From Eukaryota sp. TZLM1-RC (taxonomy: Eukaryota; Protista; Metamonada: BaSk clade), in assembly GCA_040285825.1 (NCBI GenBank), contig JAUPSS010000009.1, forward strand, positions 620,001 to 684,000: 64,000 nucleotides of DNA, read 5' to 3'. Under the pieces are notes generated by a model, which did not search any database, had not been told where the DNA came from, and saw nothing but the letters and a program-made list of their open reading frames with translations. A program made the translations under genes and the position numbers. Shown here in pieces: positions 48,588-61,121 of this stretch (within the stretch, counting starts at the first letter, position 1; every line of letters begins with the position of its first letter).

Positions 48588-49115
48588 ATGGCACCTTCAG
48601 CTCAAGATTATGCAACACTCAAACATGAATGTCAAAGACGCCGTGATGGAACACCATACATCTCACACCCTTCGCGAGTAGTGCAACATGTGTGTCGTGT
48701 AATGGGTCTTTCGAAGGATATCTCTGAAATCAAGGCAGCAGCCTGGCTTCATGATACACTTGAAGATACAGATGCAACATTTGAAGATATCAAAGAATTG
48801 TTTGGAGACACTGTTGCTGAATTGGTCAGAGAGTTGACGTCCGATAAGCACAACATAGCTAAGGTCGGCAAAACTGCATACCTGCAACAAAAGCTCAATG
48901 GGATGTCCAATCATGCATTAGTCATCAAACTCGCTGATCGATTAGATAACGTCTCTGATCTGATCAATGCTGATGATCCACAATGGGCAAGGAAGTATAC
49001 TATTCAAACACAAGATATTCTCCACTTCTTGGTCGACCACAGAGAACTTACTGATCCTCAGTTATCTCTTGTAAATGACATCAACGACGTCCTCAAAGGT
49101 TTGCCGTACCTATAG
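48588..49115 (+). CDS. stand-alone HD-domain hydrolase, Mesh1/SpoT-HD family
   Basis: H..QRR.DGTPYISHP, AAWLHDTLEDT, FG..VAELV.ELT.DK and IKLADRLDN. Confidence 0.88.
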   Translation: MAPSAQDYATLKHECQRRRDGTPYISHPSRVVQHVCRVMGLSKDISEIKAAAWLHDTLEDTDATFEDIKELFGDTVAELVRELTSDKHNIAKVGKTAYLQQKLNGMSNHALVIKLADRLDNVSDLINADDPQWARKYTIQTQDILHFLVDHRELTDPQLSLVNDINDVLKGLPYL

Positions 49116-49764
49116 TTTATTATGCATCAATAATCACCAGTGGATCAGATGTGAGACAGAACCCTATTTTTGATAGATGTGTTTATTAAGATGAATGTTA
49201 TACCAAGATTTCTGTTCTTCTCAACAAGGTCTGTTATGTAATTGTATCTAAAATGTACAGCTGAGGCCTTTGAACTACAAGCTTCTTTTTTTGACATAAT
49301 TATCTTTGCCTTGTTTAGCCCATTCTTAACTTGTTTTTTGGACTCTGTGTTTGCTAAAGGTGTATTGTTTGTGTTGCCTTGAATACTTGTGACTAGCACA
49401 TGCTTTGGTAAAAGTATATAAAATTGAAAGTATTTGTTGTTTTATTTCATACTCTGCAGCTCAACTTTGGGAACGGTTTCACCTGTGATTTTAAATTTAT
49501 TTTTGATTGACCTGCATGACCGATAAAATGGTTTGTAATATTCTTAACTGAGTGCAGGCAAATTTCTCAAGGAATCATCCATTGTTCATCTCCAACTTGT
49601 GCTTTCATTGGAGAAAATGTACAGAGTTGTTTAAATGCAATGAATTTCATCATCATTTTTGAAAATAAACGTGGCATATTAGATGTAACTTCATTTTTCT
49701 ACTCAACAATTTGTTCAAAATATACATATTTACAAAAATAAATACAAAAAAGCTATAAACCTCA

Positions 49765-50889
49765 TTAAAACCGCAAATAACCAGTGGGAACCAAACCCTC
49801 ACCTGCCCTACTTTTTACCATGATCCAGCCATCAGAATCACTAGATAGAACAACAACCTCTTCCCCCTCAACAATGCTCGTTTCATCAGTGTCGTCAGCC
49901 GCGTAATCATACTGTACCACTGCCAAACCTCCTCCTTCCTCTTCATCAGAAGAAACCTGTTTGGATGACATATCAGTGAGAGGTGCAAGCCCACTAACAC
50001 CAGTGTCATCAACTTGAGGAGTGACCAAAGAAGGTGTTCCCAAAGAGGGCATGTAGGGCACATAAGTAATGTGGGTTGGTTTTTGAGCAGAAGTGTAATG
50101 GCGATCGGTAAATGACTGAATCTCTGCATCCTTATTGATACATGAAACACTTCCACGTACATCTGACACGGCTTTATTGACCACTTCTGGTAGAGAACTC
50201 ATAAGTGAACAAAGTTGAGTCAACCATGCTTGGGATTGGGTGATGCAGGTTTCCTCTAGTTTCTGGTGACCATTCAAAACTCGTGTAATCACTTCATCAT
50301 TCTGTTCCTCCAGCTGTCGAACTCGTTCCACACAGTCTCTATACATTGCATCAGCGTTTGAGAGTACTTTTTCAGCATCATTGGCGAGCTTGACTTTACG
50401 AGAAACTTCTACATCAGGGACTAATTGTAGACGTGCACTTTCAGCGTCAAACTTGAGGTGTTCGTGGTGAGAAGCTGCATCTATGTACCCCTTGCGTAGG
50501 GTTTCAAGACGAGAACGTTCTGAGCTTATGTTCTTTGCAATGGAGTTGTGTTCGTTGCGGAGCTTCTTGGAGGTTGTGGCAAAGTCCTTTTTAACGGCAG
50601 ATACTTGATTGCTAATACTTGAAGAGATTATTTCCTCAATATGAGCAAAAGAGTCAGCAATTTTGAGGAAGTGTTGGTGTGCTACAGCAGTTGTTTGTGC
50701 AACTACATGTGGTTCACTGGGAATATGCTCATGTTTTTGGATCCTCTGGATATGTTTAGCAAAGTTGCCACAAGCCTTTTGAACTTCTTCAAAGAAACCA
50801 TCAAGATATGAAAGCACCTTTTCTGAGTCTTTGGTGCGAGCTTGAACAGTAGGAACACGGTCCCAGAGTTCTTCAAAAAGAGCTGTCAT
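49765..50889 (-). CDS. F-BAR plus SH3 protein (PSTPIP/PACSIN-like)
   Basis: N-terminal F..LW, a long helical region, and a C-terminal SH3 (AVVQYDY..DE..GW..GLVPTGYL). Confidence 0.82.
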   Translation of the reverse strand: MTALFEELWDRVPTVQARTKDSEKVLSYLDGFFEEVQKACGNFAKHIQRIQKHEHIPSEPHVVAQTTAVAHQHFLKIADSFAHIEEIISSSISNQVSAVKKDFATTSKKLRNEHNSIAKNISSERSRLETLRKGYIDAASHHEHLKFDAESARLQLVPDVEVSRKVKLANDAEKVLSNADAMYRDCVERVRQLEEQNDEVITRVLNGHQKLEETCITQSQAWLTQLCSLMSSLPEVVNKAVSDVRGSVSCINKDAEIQSFTDRHYTSAQKPTHITYVPYMPSLGTPSLVTPQVDDTGVSGLAPLTDMSSKQVSSDEEEGGGLAVVQYDYAADDTDETSIVEGEEVVVLSSDSDGWIMVKSRAGEGLVPTGYLRF

Positions 50890-50939
50890 GGTAGATGAAG
50901 CGGAATAGAGAAATTTCTCTAATTCAATTTGAGGGATTC

Positions 50940-51146
50940 ATGAACAACACTTTTGTTGGATCTGAGGTTTATGTATACACTTTAGAGGGATCCTGTTACA
51001 AGGGCATGCTTCGTGCCACAGATCAAAACGCCAATCTTCTTTTGAGTGAGACAGTTCTTATTCAGTCTAGTGGAGAAGGTTTATCCTTAGGAGGTCATAT
51101 AATTAGAGGAGACACTGTCATTATGTATGGTCCTGCTGCACGTTAA
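50940..51146 (+). CDS. Sm/LSm protein (LSm8-like)
   Basis: V.V.TLEG..YKG.L...DQ..NLLL and LG.HIIRGDTV. Confidence 0.8.
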   Translation: MNNTFVGSEVYVYTLEGSCYKGMLRATDQNANLLLSETVLIQSSGEGLSLGGHIIRGDTVIMYGPAAR

Positions 51147-51569
51147 CATATCATTGTCCGTCTCTGCAACATAATCTTCTTACGTTGTTCTCTCTCTGTA
51201 CATACTGTTCTATTGAATACTTTTGAATTCTGTGTCAAACTATTTTTATTTCATTTAGTTTTAAATAAAGAATTAAATAGCTAATTTTACTTTGGCAGTT
51301 AATCCTGTATTTTGGTCATTTCAATTAGAACAATAAACATGGTTTTTTATCTTAATGTAGCATGTTACCATTCAGAATCATCTCTGACATACGAGACACA
51401 GCATGAACGTCCGATTATATTCACTCGTTGAATGTGGAGAAGAACTGGTCCATCAACAGTTAACGTGACAGCACTGTTTGAACAGACAAAGATGCAAAAT
51501 TGAGCTAGAAAATGTTAATCAAAAACGCTAGACTAAAGAAACTTTACATATATAATAATAAATTTTAAT

Positions 51570-52638
51570 CTACAACGACCACAATACTAATTTACCATCA
51601 GAACTGGTAGTGCACAAAGTAGATCCCTTAACAAGAGACATAGCAAATATTGTATTTTGATGAATGGTTTCAAGAGCATAATCAGCCTTTGCTGCAGATC
51701 CAACGGAGGCTTGCAATTGAAATTTCTGGAAAGAAGCGGCCAACTTTCCAACTCCAGAACTTGTCTTTTCCTTTGGTTGATCTAGTGCCTTCTCAAAAGT
51801 CCATTTACCCTCAACCCGCTTGTACACATGTGGATTACAGTCATAACCGCCCCCAATGAGAGTATCAGGGTTTACAAAGACTAAACAACGTTCAGGAAGT
51901 CCACGCAAGAGGAGGGTTTCATGGGATTGAGTGGGAACGTTAATGAAATGCAATGTGGCGTTGTGGCATGAAAAGGCAACTTCATCATTCGTACTAAAAG
52001 AGATGGCATCAATCCATGACGGGGTCTCAATGTCAATGAGAGTTTTCCTTGAGGCAAGATCAAAAACTCTGAAATGGCAGTCTGTACACGCAGTAGCTAA
52101 ACGGAGAGAGTCGGGTGACCAAGCCACGTTGGTAACGGCTGATTTGTGGGGTTTCTTGATTGTGTTTTCCTTTCCAGCATCGGTCCAAAACTTGTTAACT
52201 TCATCGTAGAAGCAACGGGAAACAGTTTTCATACCGTTTCCTAGGGCAAAATACTTACCACAGGGAGACCACTCAGCACTGAAAGCAGCTCTGGTAGCTT
52301 GGGTGTGGACGATTTGTTCGATCCATTTGGATCGAGTTTCATCATAATTCCAAACACGGATGGAACAATCTTCTGAGCACGTTACAATTCTATCGGCTTG
52401 ATTACACCAGTCAATATCTGTTATGGTCTGGACATGAGCGGAAAGTTTGTGGACAAGATTGAACGATGCAGAGGTGTTGTTGGTGAATAAAACATCATAG
52501 ATTAACACATCATGAGAGCCAGTAGGAACCATAGCGATTTCTAGAGTAAGGATATGAAGAGATCTTCATACGGGAAAAATCGCCATTCCAAGAGTGTAGA
52601 GATATGGGATGAGGGAGTGTGTGAGCTTTGCGAGACAT
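51570..52638 (-). CDS. ARPC1: Arp2/3 complex subunit 1 (WD40), intron 52571-52541
   Basis: HSWNGD, ITDIDW, RIVTCSED, FYDEVNKFW, GGYDCNP and ETIHQNTI. Confidence 0.9.
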
Positions 52639-52712
52639 GTAGAGATGTGATAATGTTGAGTTTGACAATTAACGAGGATAAATCAAGCTTATTTACACCA
52701 AATCATCATTAA

Positions 52713-53803
52713 ATGAGTGCTGGAGCACTTCAAAAAGCTGAAGCACACTATCGTGATGGACTTAACGCGTTCGTTTCTCTGTATATACACTCTTAACTCA
52801 GTATAAAAACATCCCTCTTTAAGTGGAAACCTGATCATCAAAGTGCAGCTATGGCATTTGAACGTGCTGCAACATCTTTCAAAGTGGCTAAAAAAATGGA
52901 CAAAGCAATAGACGCATATCGCAAATCCGCTGCTTCCCATGCAGCCACTGGAATGTACGTTCTCTTCTTTTCTTTTCTGACTCGAGCCATTATTCTGCAG
53001 GTAAGAATCTAGAAACTGCTGCTTCCCTAGCAATCAAATCATCAGAGATTGATCTTGCCGTCACCCTCTATGATGATGCTGCTCTTCAGTTTGGTCTCGA
53101 TGGCAACCTCAATGCAAGAATCAATTCTTTTAGTCGCAAGGCTGATACACTGAGTTTATTGGGTAAAGCTTCTGATGCTATTGAATGTTATATGGAAGCC
53201 TTTGAACTTGCGATGTCTGAAGAGCTCACCAAACGCCTCATCATGGATTCAACAGTTCTTCCACTATTAGCGATATACATGGCTGAAAAAAAATACACAA
53301 AGGCAGCAGAGTTTATGAAAAAGGTTTTACAATTACATCAAGATTTAAAACAACCTGATAATGTGTGCAAGGATATATCTTCTATTATTTTGTTGTATTT
53401 AGCAGGAGGTGATTATCTCGCTGCTGACAAGTACTTTAATGATAACTGTAGCTTGCATGGATACATGTCCACTCCGGATGCAATGACGGTGCAGCAGATA
53501 TTGGATGCTTACGAAAGTAGAGATGAAGAGTTAATTAGAAACTTGGCAGAAAATGACCAGGGAATTACTTTCTTGATGGCACCTGTTTCTCGTACTGTTT
53601 CGAAACTTCCTATTACGCCTTTAGACCAAATGGATATTGTTCCCAAGGTTGTGGAGACTTTATCATTGAGTGCTGATGAAGACATTAAGGAGGAGGAGCA
53701 CGAGGAAGAGAAAGTCGTGGAAGAACCTAGTGTCGATGAAATTGAGGAATATCAGGAGCCAGAAGTTGAAGTTGTGGATGATTCTGACTCTGATGTTTGT
53801 TAG
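52713..53803 (+). CDS. NAPG: gamma-SNAP, two short introns
   Basis: Spliced N-terminus KTSLFKWKPDHQSAAMAFERAATSFK, a helical repeat body and an acidic tail. Confidence 0.82.
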
Positions 53804-54494
53804 GTATCAGTGTAATTATAACTGTAAATTTTTTATCTCTTTTTGAATACAGAATTTGAATTTGTTGATTGTTTTTAGGTGTTCTTTCTGTTTCGTTGAG
53901 GAACAAAACAAAATAATGGTTTATAGGACGATTGACTAACAATTTATCTTAAATTGTTGCAAAAAGATACCTATACGAAATCCATTACAACCTTTATTTC
54001 AAAAGTTAGTATATCGTTCTGTAACAAATTTGTAAATGTGGTCAAATTGGTTGAAAGGATCTGTTTTTGTAAGAACATTGAGACTACACTTGATCTAATG
54101 TAAACTAACCATACATATCTAGATAAACTAATAAACTATATTACTAAAGGTATTAAATACAATTCATATCCAAGACCAAAAGGTATAACTAAGAACTTTT
54201 GTTACCCACTTTGAGTTTTCACGTTTTCGCGACGCATTTCTGTTTCTCAATCCATTAACTTCTGTCTCATCACTCATAACAAATATTGACTTTTGAAATG
54301 ACTTTATTGATATGCTTACAAACTAATCAATCGAACAACACTTAAAGAATGAAAAGAATGATGATTTACGTGTTGATTATTTTACAGACAAAAACCATAC
54401 TGGATTTGGGATATAAACCAGTTCGGATTACATGTGGCCGAGCCAAACCAGTTGAGCAAACAGATTTTTAACACTGGTTCAGGGTTCAAAAAAG

Positions 54495-54995
54495 ATTTAT
54501 TGGGCATCACTTTAGAGAAGTGCAAAACTTGATATAATTAAATCAGAAGTAATGGGACTAAATTCAATCAATGAAGATTTTCCTCTACAAAATGCTGATC
54601 TGCCTGTTTTCTCGCCATTGCTTCTGCTATTCGATAAAAGAACCGAGGTAGTCTATCAATAATGGCAAATTGAATTCGCGACCATCACAAAGAGACATCA
54701 AATCTCTTCATTGTTTCTTCTTGAACCAAATTTTGGAAATCATTCAAAAAGGTTCCTGCTTATACTGATAGTCTGCCGTTTATCGAAAGTGGGAAAGCAA
54801 TAAAAACAAGTGGTCTATTTCTATCAGCATTAGCTTTTTCAATATCTTTGTCATATTTTCTATGTTTTTCATTAGCTTTAAATTCAAGAGCGCTTACAGG
54901 ATTAGGTTTCCTTTTTTGAACCAAATTGTCATTTGCAACATTACAGAAGACAAAGTATCTCAGCAAAGCCTCTTTAACACATCAGATTCTTGCAT
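54495..54995 (-). mobile_element. family A non-LTR 3' fragment
   Basis: CNVAND..PVSALEFKA.EKHRKYDKDIE matches the other copies. Confidence 0.82.
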
Positions 54996-55073
54996 TTCTT
55001 AACAACATTTCGATTAACTAATTTAACTAATTAATGCATTTCTATTAACAACCTTCTCCCTACAAATCTCACT

Positions 55074-56416
55074 ATGACCATGCCTTCTGACACTCTTAGT
55101 CCTTATTCGATTACTGTCTTTGATCCTCAAGCTCCTAAAAAAGTTGACAAGTTCTTCCAAGAACATGAAAACGACATTGCAGAACTGATTCTTGTACGAC
55201 TATCTCACCTCCACTCTGATCACAGGTTCATGAGCCCGGTATTGAAATTTTTATGGGCTCCATGCATCCCAATGGTGCTCTCTACGAAAAGCCCGTCAAT
55301 CTCCGTGTTGCACAGAAACAACACCGTACCTTTGTGAAAACTCTCAAAGACAATCATATCCGTGTTTTCACTGTCCGTGAGGTCTTGGCCTTGAACTGTG
55401 ATTCCGATCTCAAGTCACGCATTCAGCTAGAAGATTTTGCCTTTAACTGTCTCCACTACAACCTTTGCCAAAACTCACCCCAGCTTACTGCATCAGAACA
55501 ACGCTTTGTTGGAGATGAGTACAAGCGGGAAGCTATCAGTGCGATGGATACGGAACAGCTCGTTGAGCTCATCATCACCCAACCTACAGTAACTCTCTCT
55601 AAAAGTGATATTAACACGGAACTCGTAGCTGAATCCCACGCTTTCAAACCATTGGGTAACCTTGTTTTCTGCCGCGATCAACAGATTGTATGTGTTCTCT
55701 TCTCATTCTAACCCTATACTACTGCTGCCGGAGTCGTCATGTGTCGCCTAAACTCACCCCAACGTGCGGGTGAGATTGCCGTCCTTCGCTTCTGTCTAGA
55801 GAAGCTGGGTGTGGATGTTCTTGGTGCAGTTCAAGCTCCTGGTACACTTGAAGGTGGTGATTTCTTCCCAATGGGTAAGGACATTGCTTTTGTTGGTATC
55901 GGTCTTCGTTCCAATATTGATGCAGTCAAGCAGCTAATGGACAATGATTGGTTTGGTTCAAGAAGAGTTGCTGTCGTCAAGGATGATTTTGATAGATCAC
56001 AGGACCGCATGCATTTGGATTGTGTCTGGAACGTAATCTCTGATAAGCTTTGTATCATCCTAGACTCAATTGTAGGGGAAGACTCACCTAGGAGGCGGAT
56101 GGTTGATGTCTATGTCCAATCAGAAGGGGGTTATAAACTGGAAAGAGAAGATGTCGAGTTTTCTCATTTTTTGATTGAGGAAGGTTATGAATTACTGTAT
56201 GTCACTGACGAAGAACAGGCCAATTATGGATGCAATCATCTTAATTTGGGTAATTCTAATTTAGTTTGCGTTAATCAGTCTGTGGCCAGGAAAATTGCCA
56301 GGCATCCTTCTTTCAATGGTAAAATTAGTTTATTAGATTTTACCTCAATTCAATCTTGTTATGGTTCTACTCACTGTGCCAGTCAGTGCCTAAAAAGAAG
56401 TTCAAGATATCTTTAG
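55074..56416 (+). CDS. ADI: arginine deiminase, two introns (55194-55225; 55688-55717)
   Basis: QEHEND.A..ILVHEP, NLVFCRDQQI, LEGGDF, DRMHLDC and YGSTHCASQ include the catalytic Asp/His/Cys motifs. Confidence 0.93.
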
Positions 56417-56848
56417 GTTTTTGTTTTGTTGATATAAATTATTGTGTATAATGTTGTTTTGTTTTCGTATTGTTGATTCAAATGCCAAATACCTTAATAT
56501 TATTAATATTACTTTACTTAATATTATTATTGATTATCAGATACCTTTTTTATGATTTGATTGTTGATGTTTTTGATTTGATTTATCGACTATTACGCAA
56601 ATGGTTATGTCAACATTGAAGAGATTTAATCAACAGAGATCATCATCAATTACAACATTAATTTGAAAAAAAACAGAGCAATCACTATATCATTTAATAC
56701 AAATGTCAAAAACAACAACAAGCCAAGCAAAAACAGGCCAGGAATTAAACAATACAAAACACCATCTATCCTGCTTGAACTTGGAAACATCATCATCAAA
56801 GACCTCATCTCTTTGAAATAAAATTGAGACAAATCAAAGTTCACATTG

Positions 56849-57690
56849 CGCATGCATTTGGATTGTGTCTGGAACGTAATCTCTGATAAGCTTTGTATCA
56901 TCCTAGACTCAATTGTAGGGGAAGACTCACCTAGGAGGCGGATGGTTGATGTCTATGTCCAATCAGAAGGGGGTTATAAACTGGAAAGAGAAGATGTCGA
57001 GTTTTCTCATTTTTTGATTGAGGAAGGTTATGAATTACTGTATGTCACTGACGAAGAACAGGCCAATTATGGATGCAATCATCTTAATTTGGGTAATTCT
57101 AATTTAGTTTGCGTTAATCAGTCTGTGGCCAGGAAAATTGCCAGGCATCCTTCTTTCAATGGTAAAATTAGTTTATTAGATTTTACCTCAATTCAATCTT
57201 GTTATGGTTCTACTCACTGTGCCAGTCAGTGCCTAAAAAGAAGTTCAAGATATCTTTAGGTTTTGTTTTGTTGATATAAATTATTGTGTATAATGTTGTT
57301 TTGTTTTCGTATTGTTGATTCAAATGCCAAATACCTTAATATTATTAATATTACTTTACTTAATATTATTATTGATTATCAGATACCTTTTTTATGATTT
57401 GATTGTTGATGTTTTTGATTTGATTTATCGACTATTACGCAAATGGTTATGTCAACATTGAAGAGATTTAATCAACAGAGATCATCATCAATTACAACAT
57501 TAATTTGAAAAAAAACAGAGCAATCACTATATCATTTAATACAAATGTCAAAAACAACAACAAGCCAAGCAAAAACAGGCCAGGAATTAAACAATACAAA
57601 ACACCATCTATCCTGCTTGAACTTGGAAACATCATCATCAAAGACCTCATCTCTTTGAAATAAAATTGAGACAAATCAAAGTTCACATTG
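56849..57690 (+). repeat. about 842-bp tandem duplication of the ADI 3' part and downstream DNA
   Basis: Near-identical to 56007-56848 (one T-run length difference seen). Confidence 0.92.
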
Positions 57691-57789
57691 TGATTAAAGA
57701 AGGAGCTTAACCAATTTCAACTAAAAATTAGTGAAAAATGTTCATAAACACTGTACAAATGACAATCAATCAATCAATCAATCAATCAA

Positions 57790-58857
57790 CTAGACCACCA
57801 GACCCCCTATCGAATACTTGTTCATTTCCTTTAGACAGACAGAATCCTTGTTGGTTTGCTTACAGCATTGATATCCCCATTTTCCTTGCTTAAAATAAGA
57901 TCCCCAAGCACTAGAATGACCCCCTTCATTCTCCTCATCCCATCTACTCTTGACTTCTTCTGACTTCTTCTCTTTTTTGACCTTTTCCCTCTCCTCCTTC
58001 ACCATCTCCTTCAACCTTCTCAACTCATCCATGCTTTCCTTAGCCTCTCTACTCTCTCCCTTCTCTACCTCCCTCCTTTCCCAAGCAAACATCTCGCTCT
58101 TTCCTTCATCAAAACAACTCTCAAAGCTCAACCCCTCTTCACCACCACCAAGTTCTATTGATCTTGTCTTTGGATCATAACTGCTTTCACCCTCTAAATC
58201 ATCCAAGAACTTTGCTCGTTCACCCAGGCTTCTTCTGCTTGTGGTAGGAAGGAATCCTCGTAAATCATCAACCTCCTTGGCACCTCTGATCTTTCCTTCA
58301 CTCTCTGCTTCCTTCTCCCTCTGTCGTTTGTCGAATTTCACTGTGCTATGAGGAAACCTGACTTGTTCAGGGTCAGGCTCAGTCAAAAACGACGACATTA
58401 GTTGCTTTTGTTTGTTGAGACGCTCCTGGAAACTGGATTCAGACCAATTATCAATAACTTTACGATAAGATCGTGGATCGTAACCTTGGAACCTGTCAGT
58501 TTGTTGCTCAAAAGTTTGTTTTCGAATACGTGGTTTCTCCAAACAATCTCGGGTGGCGTGTCCATTCCCACCACAATTCTGGCATGTCGTACGTTTACGT
58601 CCGGCAGAAGAGGGTGGAGCGGACGGGGATGGTTGAGAGGTGCTGGCATACCATGGTTTGTATTTGGCAAGGTCAAAGGAATCAGTTTGTTCAGCTTCTT
58701 TCGCTGCTTCACGGCCAATGAGACGACGAGCTGCACGTACACGCTCTTCTTTGAATGCTTTTGAACGAGATGCTTCCTGAGCGGAGGAAAAGCGTTCACG
58801 CTCGTTATATGTTTTAAAGGCACTAGCCATTGACTTTGTGTGATGATGTGCTGCCAT
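57790..58857 (-). CDS. SLU7: pre-mRNA splicing factor Slu7
   Basis: PWY, CQNCG..GH.TRDCLEKPR, DRF.GYDP, AKFL.DL..SYDPKTRS and GHSSAWGSY..WGYQCC. Confidence 0.9.
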   Translation of the reverse strand: MAAHHHTKSMASAFKTYNERERFSSAQEASRSKAFKEERVRAARRLIGREAAKEAEQTDSFDLAKYKPWYASTSQPSPSAPPSSAGRKRTTCQNCGGNGHATRDCLEKPRIRKQTFEQQTDRFQGYDPRSYRKVIDNWSESSFQERLNKQKQLMSSFLTEPDPEQVRFPHSTVKFDKRQREKEAESEGKIRGAKEVDDLRGFLPTTSRRSLGERAKFLDDLEGESSYDPKTRSIELGGGEEGLSFESCFDEGKSEMFAWERREVEKGESREAKESMDELRRLKEMVKEEREKVKKEKKSEEVKSRWDEENEGGHSSAWGSYFKQGKWGYQCCKQTNKDSVCLKEMNKYSIGGLVV

Positions 58858-59449
58858 TGTGAAAAGTCAGATACAAATAGACGAAGAGAAGAGAAGTGAA
58901 GAAGAAAATTTATTATTCAAAAAAAACTCTCTTTTTGCTCAGTTACCGAGAAGTCAGAAGTAGGGTGACAAAGAAGTGAAACGAAACAAAGTGGTGTACT
59001 TGAAGAGTCTACTTTAAGACATGGAATTTTAACCTTGTCGTATAGTTTGTTTTTGTTGGAATAAGTAAAAATATATGAACAAAAACTTGAAGATTGAGGA
59101 TTGTATTTTTGTTATTGTATTGACTACAATGTAGTAAATAGATTTCATTTTGATTGCAAACATAAATTACGCACTCACCGAGTTCGATCAAAAAATCTGC
59201 GCACTCGGTAACATAGTATTTATGTCTCTTATTGACCTACCTTCTCGCACACCAATTTCGGTATTCTTTGCCTTATCAGAAAACAACATTGAAAAAATTG
59301 AAATATGAGGGACTTAGTACTGTTAACTGGGGATAATGCTGATACTCATTGACGGTTTTTCATTCTGAGGAGATGAAGTGAAACAATAGCCGAGTTTCAC
59401 TTAATTCTAAATAAAAAATGATGAAGGATGAAAATAGATTTGAACTTTT

Positions 59450-61121
59450 TATTTATTGAATCTGCACACTTAATTAAATTAAATCATAACTAATGGGACG
59501 ATTATCATTGAACCAAGATTTTAATAATTTTTTTATTTATTTTTAAAACTGGAATAATTATTGAGATAAAAAAACCCATCTAGAATTCAATATCCTCCAA
59601 ACAAGCGTCACTATTACTGAACCTACTCACAGCATTACGTTCATATTCTACACCAATAGCTAAAAGTGCCTTTGAAATCATTGTTGGAATAGACTTGAAA
59701 ATGCAAAAAACAATTCTATTTAACCAGAAAGTGGAATTCATTGTTTTACCAGACCTATTCAGTAACACTTTTTTAAAATTTTCAAAAAAGTGCAACCCTG
59801 AAGGTCCAATATTGCCAAAAAGAGAAATTGCAAACGGCACAAACTGATATTTCACATGTTCCACTCTACCTAACTGTGCCAAAGGTTCTGCATATTTTTT
59901 TATCTTCTTTTTTCGGCTTTAGATAACGGCGAATCAGCGGAATACACTAAACGAGCAGCAGAATTTTGCAAACATCAACTGAGACAACATCCACAACATT
60001 GAGAACACCATCGATCCCTGGAGCTACTAAATCTGCCCTTCTTTCACCAAAGGAATCATCAATTTGATCTGAAGACAGCTTACGTACTAGTGGCTCAATA
60101 AATGCCTCTATATTGAAACTTTTGCACATGGCATATAATTGATCACGAACTGAGTCATGAACAATTGAGCGATAAGTTATAAAATACTTACAGTTTAAAA
60201 TATGGGAAAGCGTAACAACACTCTTGCAGCGACAAATTAAATCATTTGGTAATGAACAAGGCCACAGAAAACATCTCATTCTCATTGCAGAACCAAGATT
60301 TCCTCTACAAAATCTTGATCTGCTGGCTGTCTAGCTAAAGCTTCTCTTATTCGATTGAAAAACCGTGGTAACCTTTTGATAATGGCAAATTGAATCCGTG
60401 AACGCCATAATAAAATATCAAATCTTTTCATTGTTTTTTCTTGCACCATTTTTTGGAAGTCATTCAAAAAAGTTTCTGCTTCAACTGAAAATCTTCCATT
60501 TATCGAAAATGGGAAAGCAATAAAAACCAGCTGTGTATTTCTATCGGCATTAGCCTCTTCAATATCTTTATCATATTTTCTATGTTTCTCTTTTGCTTTA
60601 AAATCAAGAGCAGTCACAGGATTAAGTTCTCTTCTGTGAACCAAAGTATCATTTGCAACATTGAAAGAGACAAAGTCAACAATAGCTTCAGAATTATCAA
60701 TCCAATCACAGTATACATCACCTCTATCATCAGAACCAGAATTATTCAGAGATAGTGTTTCCTTCAGCAGGGGCTCTTTGATACACGATATCCTTGCAGT
60801 TTCTGCCATATTGAAAACAGTGTCTCTAACAGCATCATGTAATGAAGAACAATAAGTTATCAATTTAGAGCAATTTAGAGCATGGCGCAAAGTGAGCTGT
60901 GGTGAATTCGAACAAATACATTTTTCTTTTGATAATAATTGATTAATGGGGATGTTCAAATATAATCTCATTTTTGTTACAAATGCTTCATTAGTGGCAC
61001 ACAATCCAAATCTTCGTGGTACAATGGTTACAAAAAGTGAAGAATCTGACGACTTGTTTTCACAAACACCCTTTTCCAATAGCAATGAGTGAAGATCTTG
61101 ATTCAAAACAGCCGAGCTGCA
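59450..61121 (-). mobile_element. family A non-LTR fragment with nested family B fragment (59521-60289)
   Basis: gaaccaagatt at 59510-59520 and 60290-60300 flanks the family B piece. The family A 3' UTR resumes at 59450-59520. Confidence 0.85.

Noticed and set aside
57764-57789. (AATC)n run as a telomeric or regulatory repeat
   Set aside because: It is a short microsatellite in a 3' UTR with no further support.
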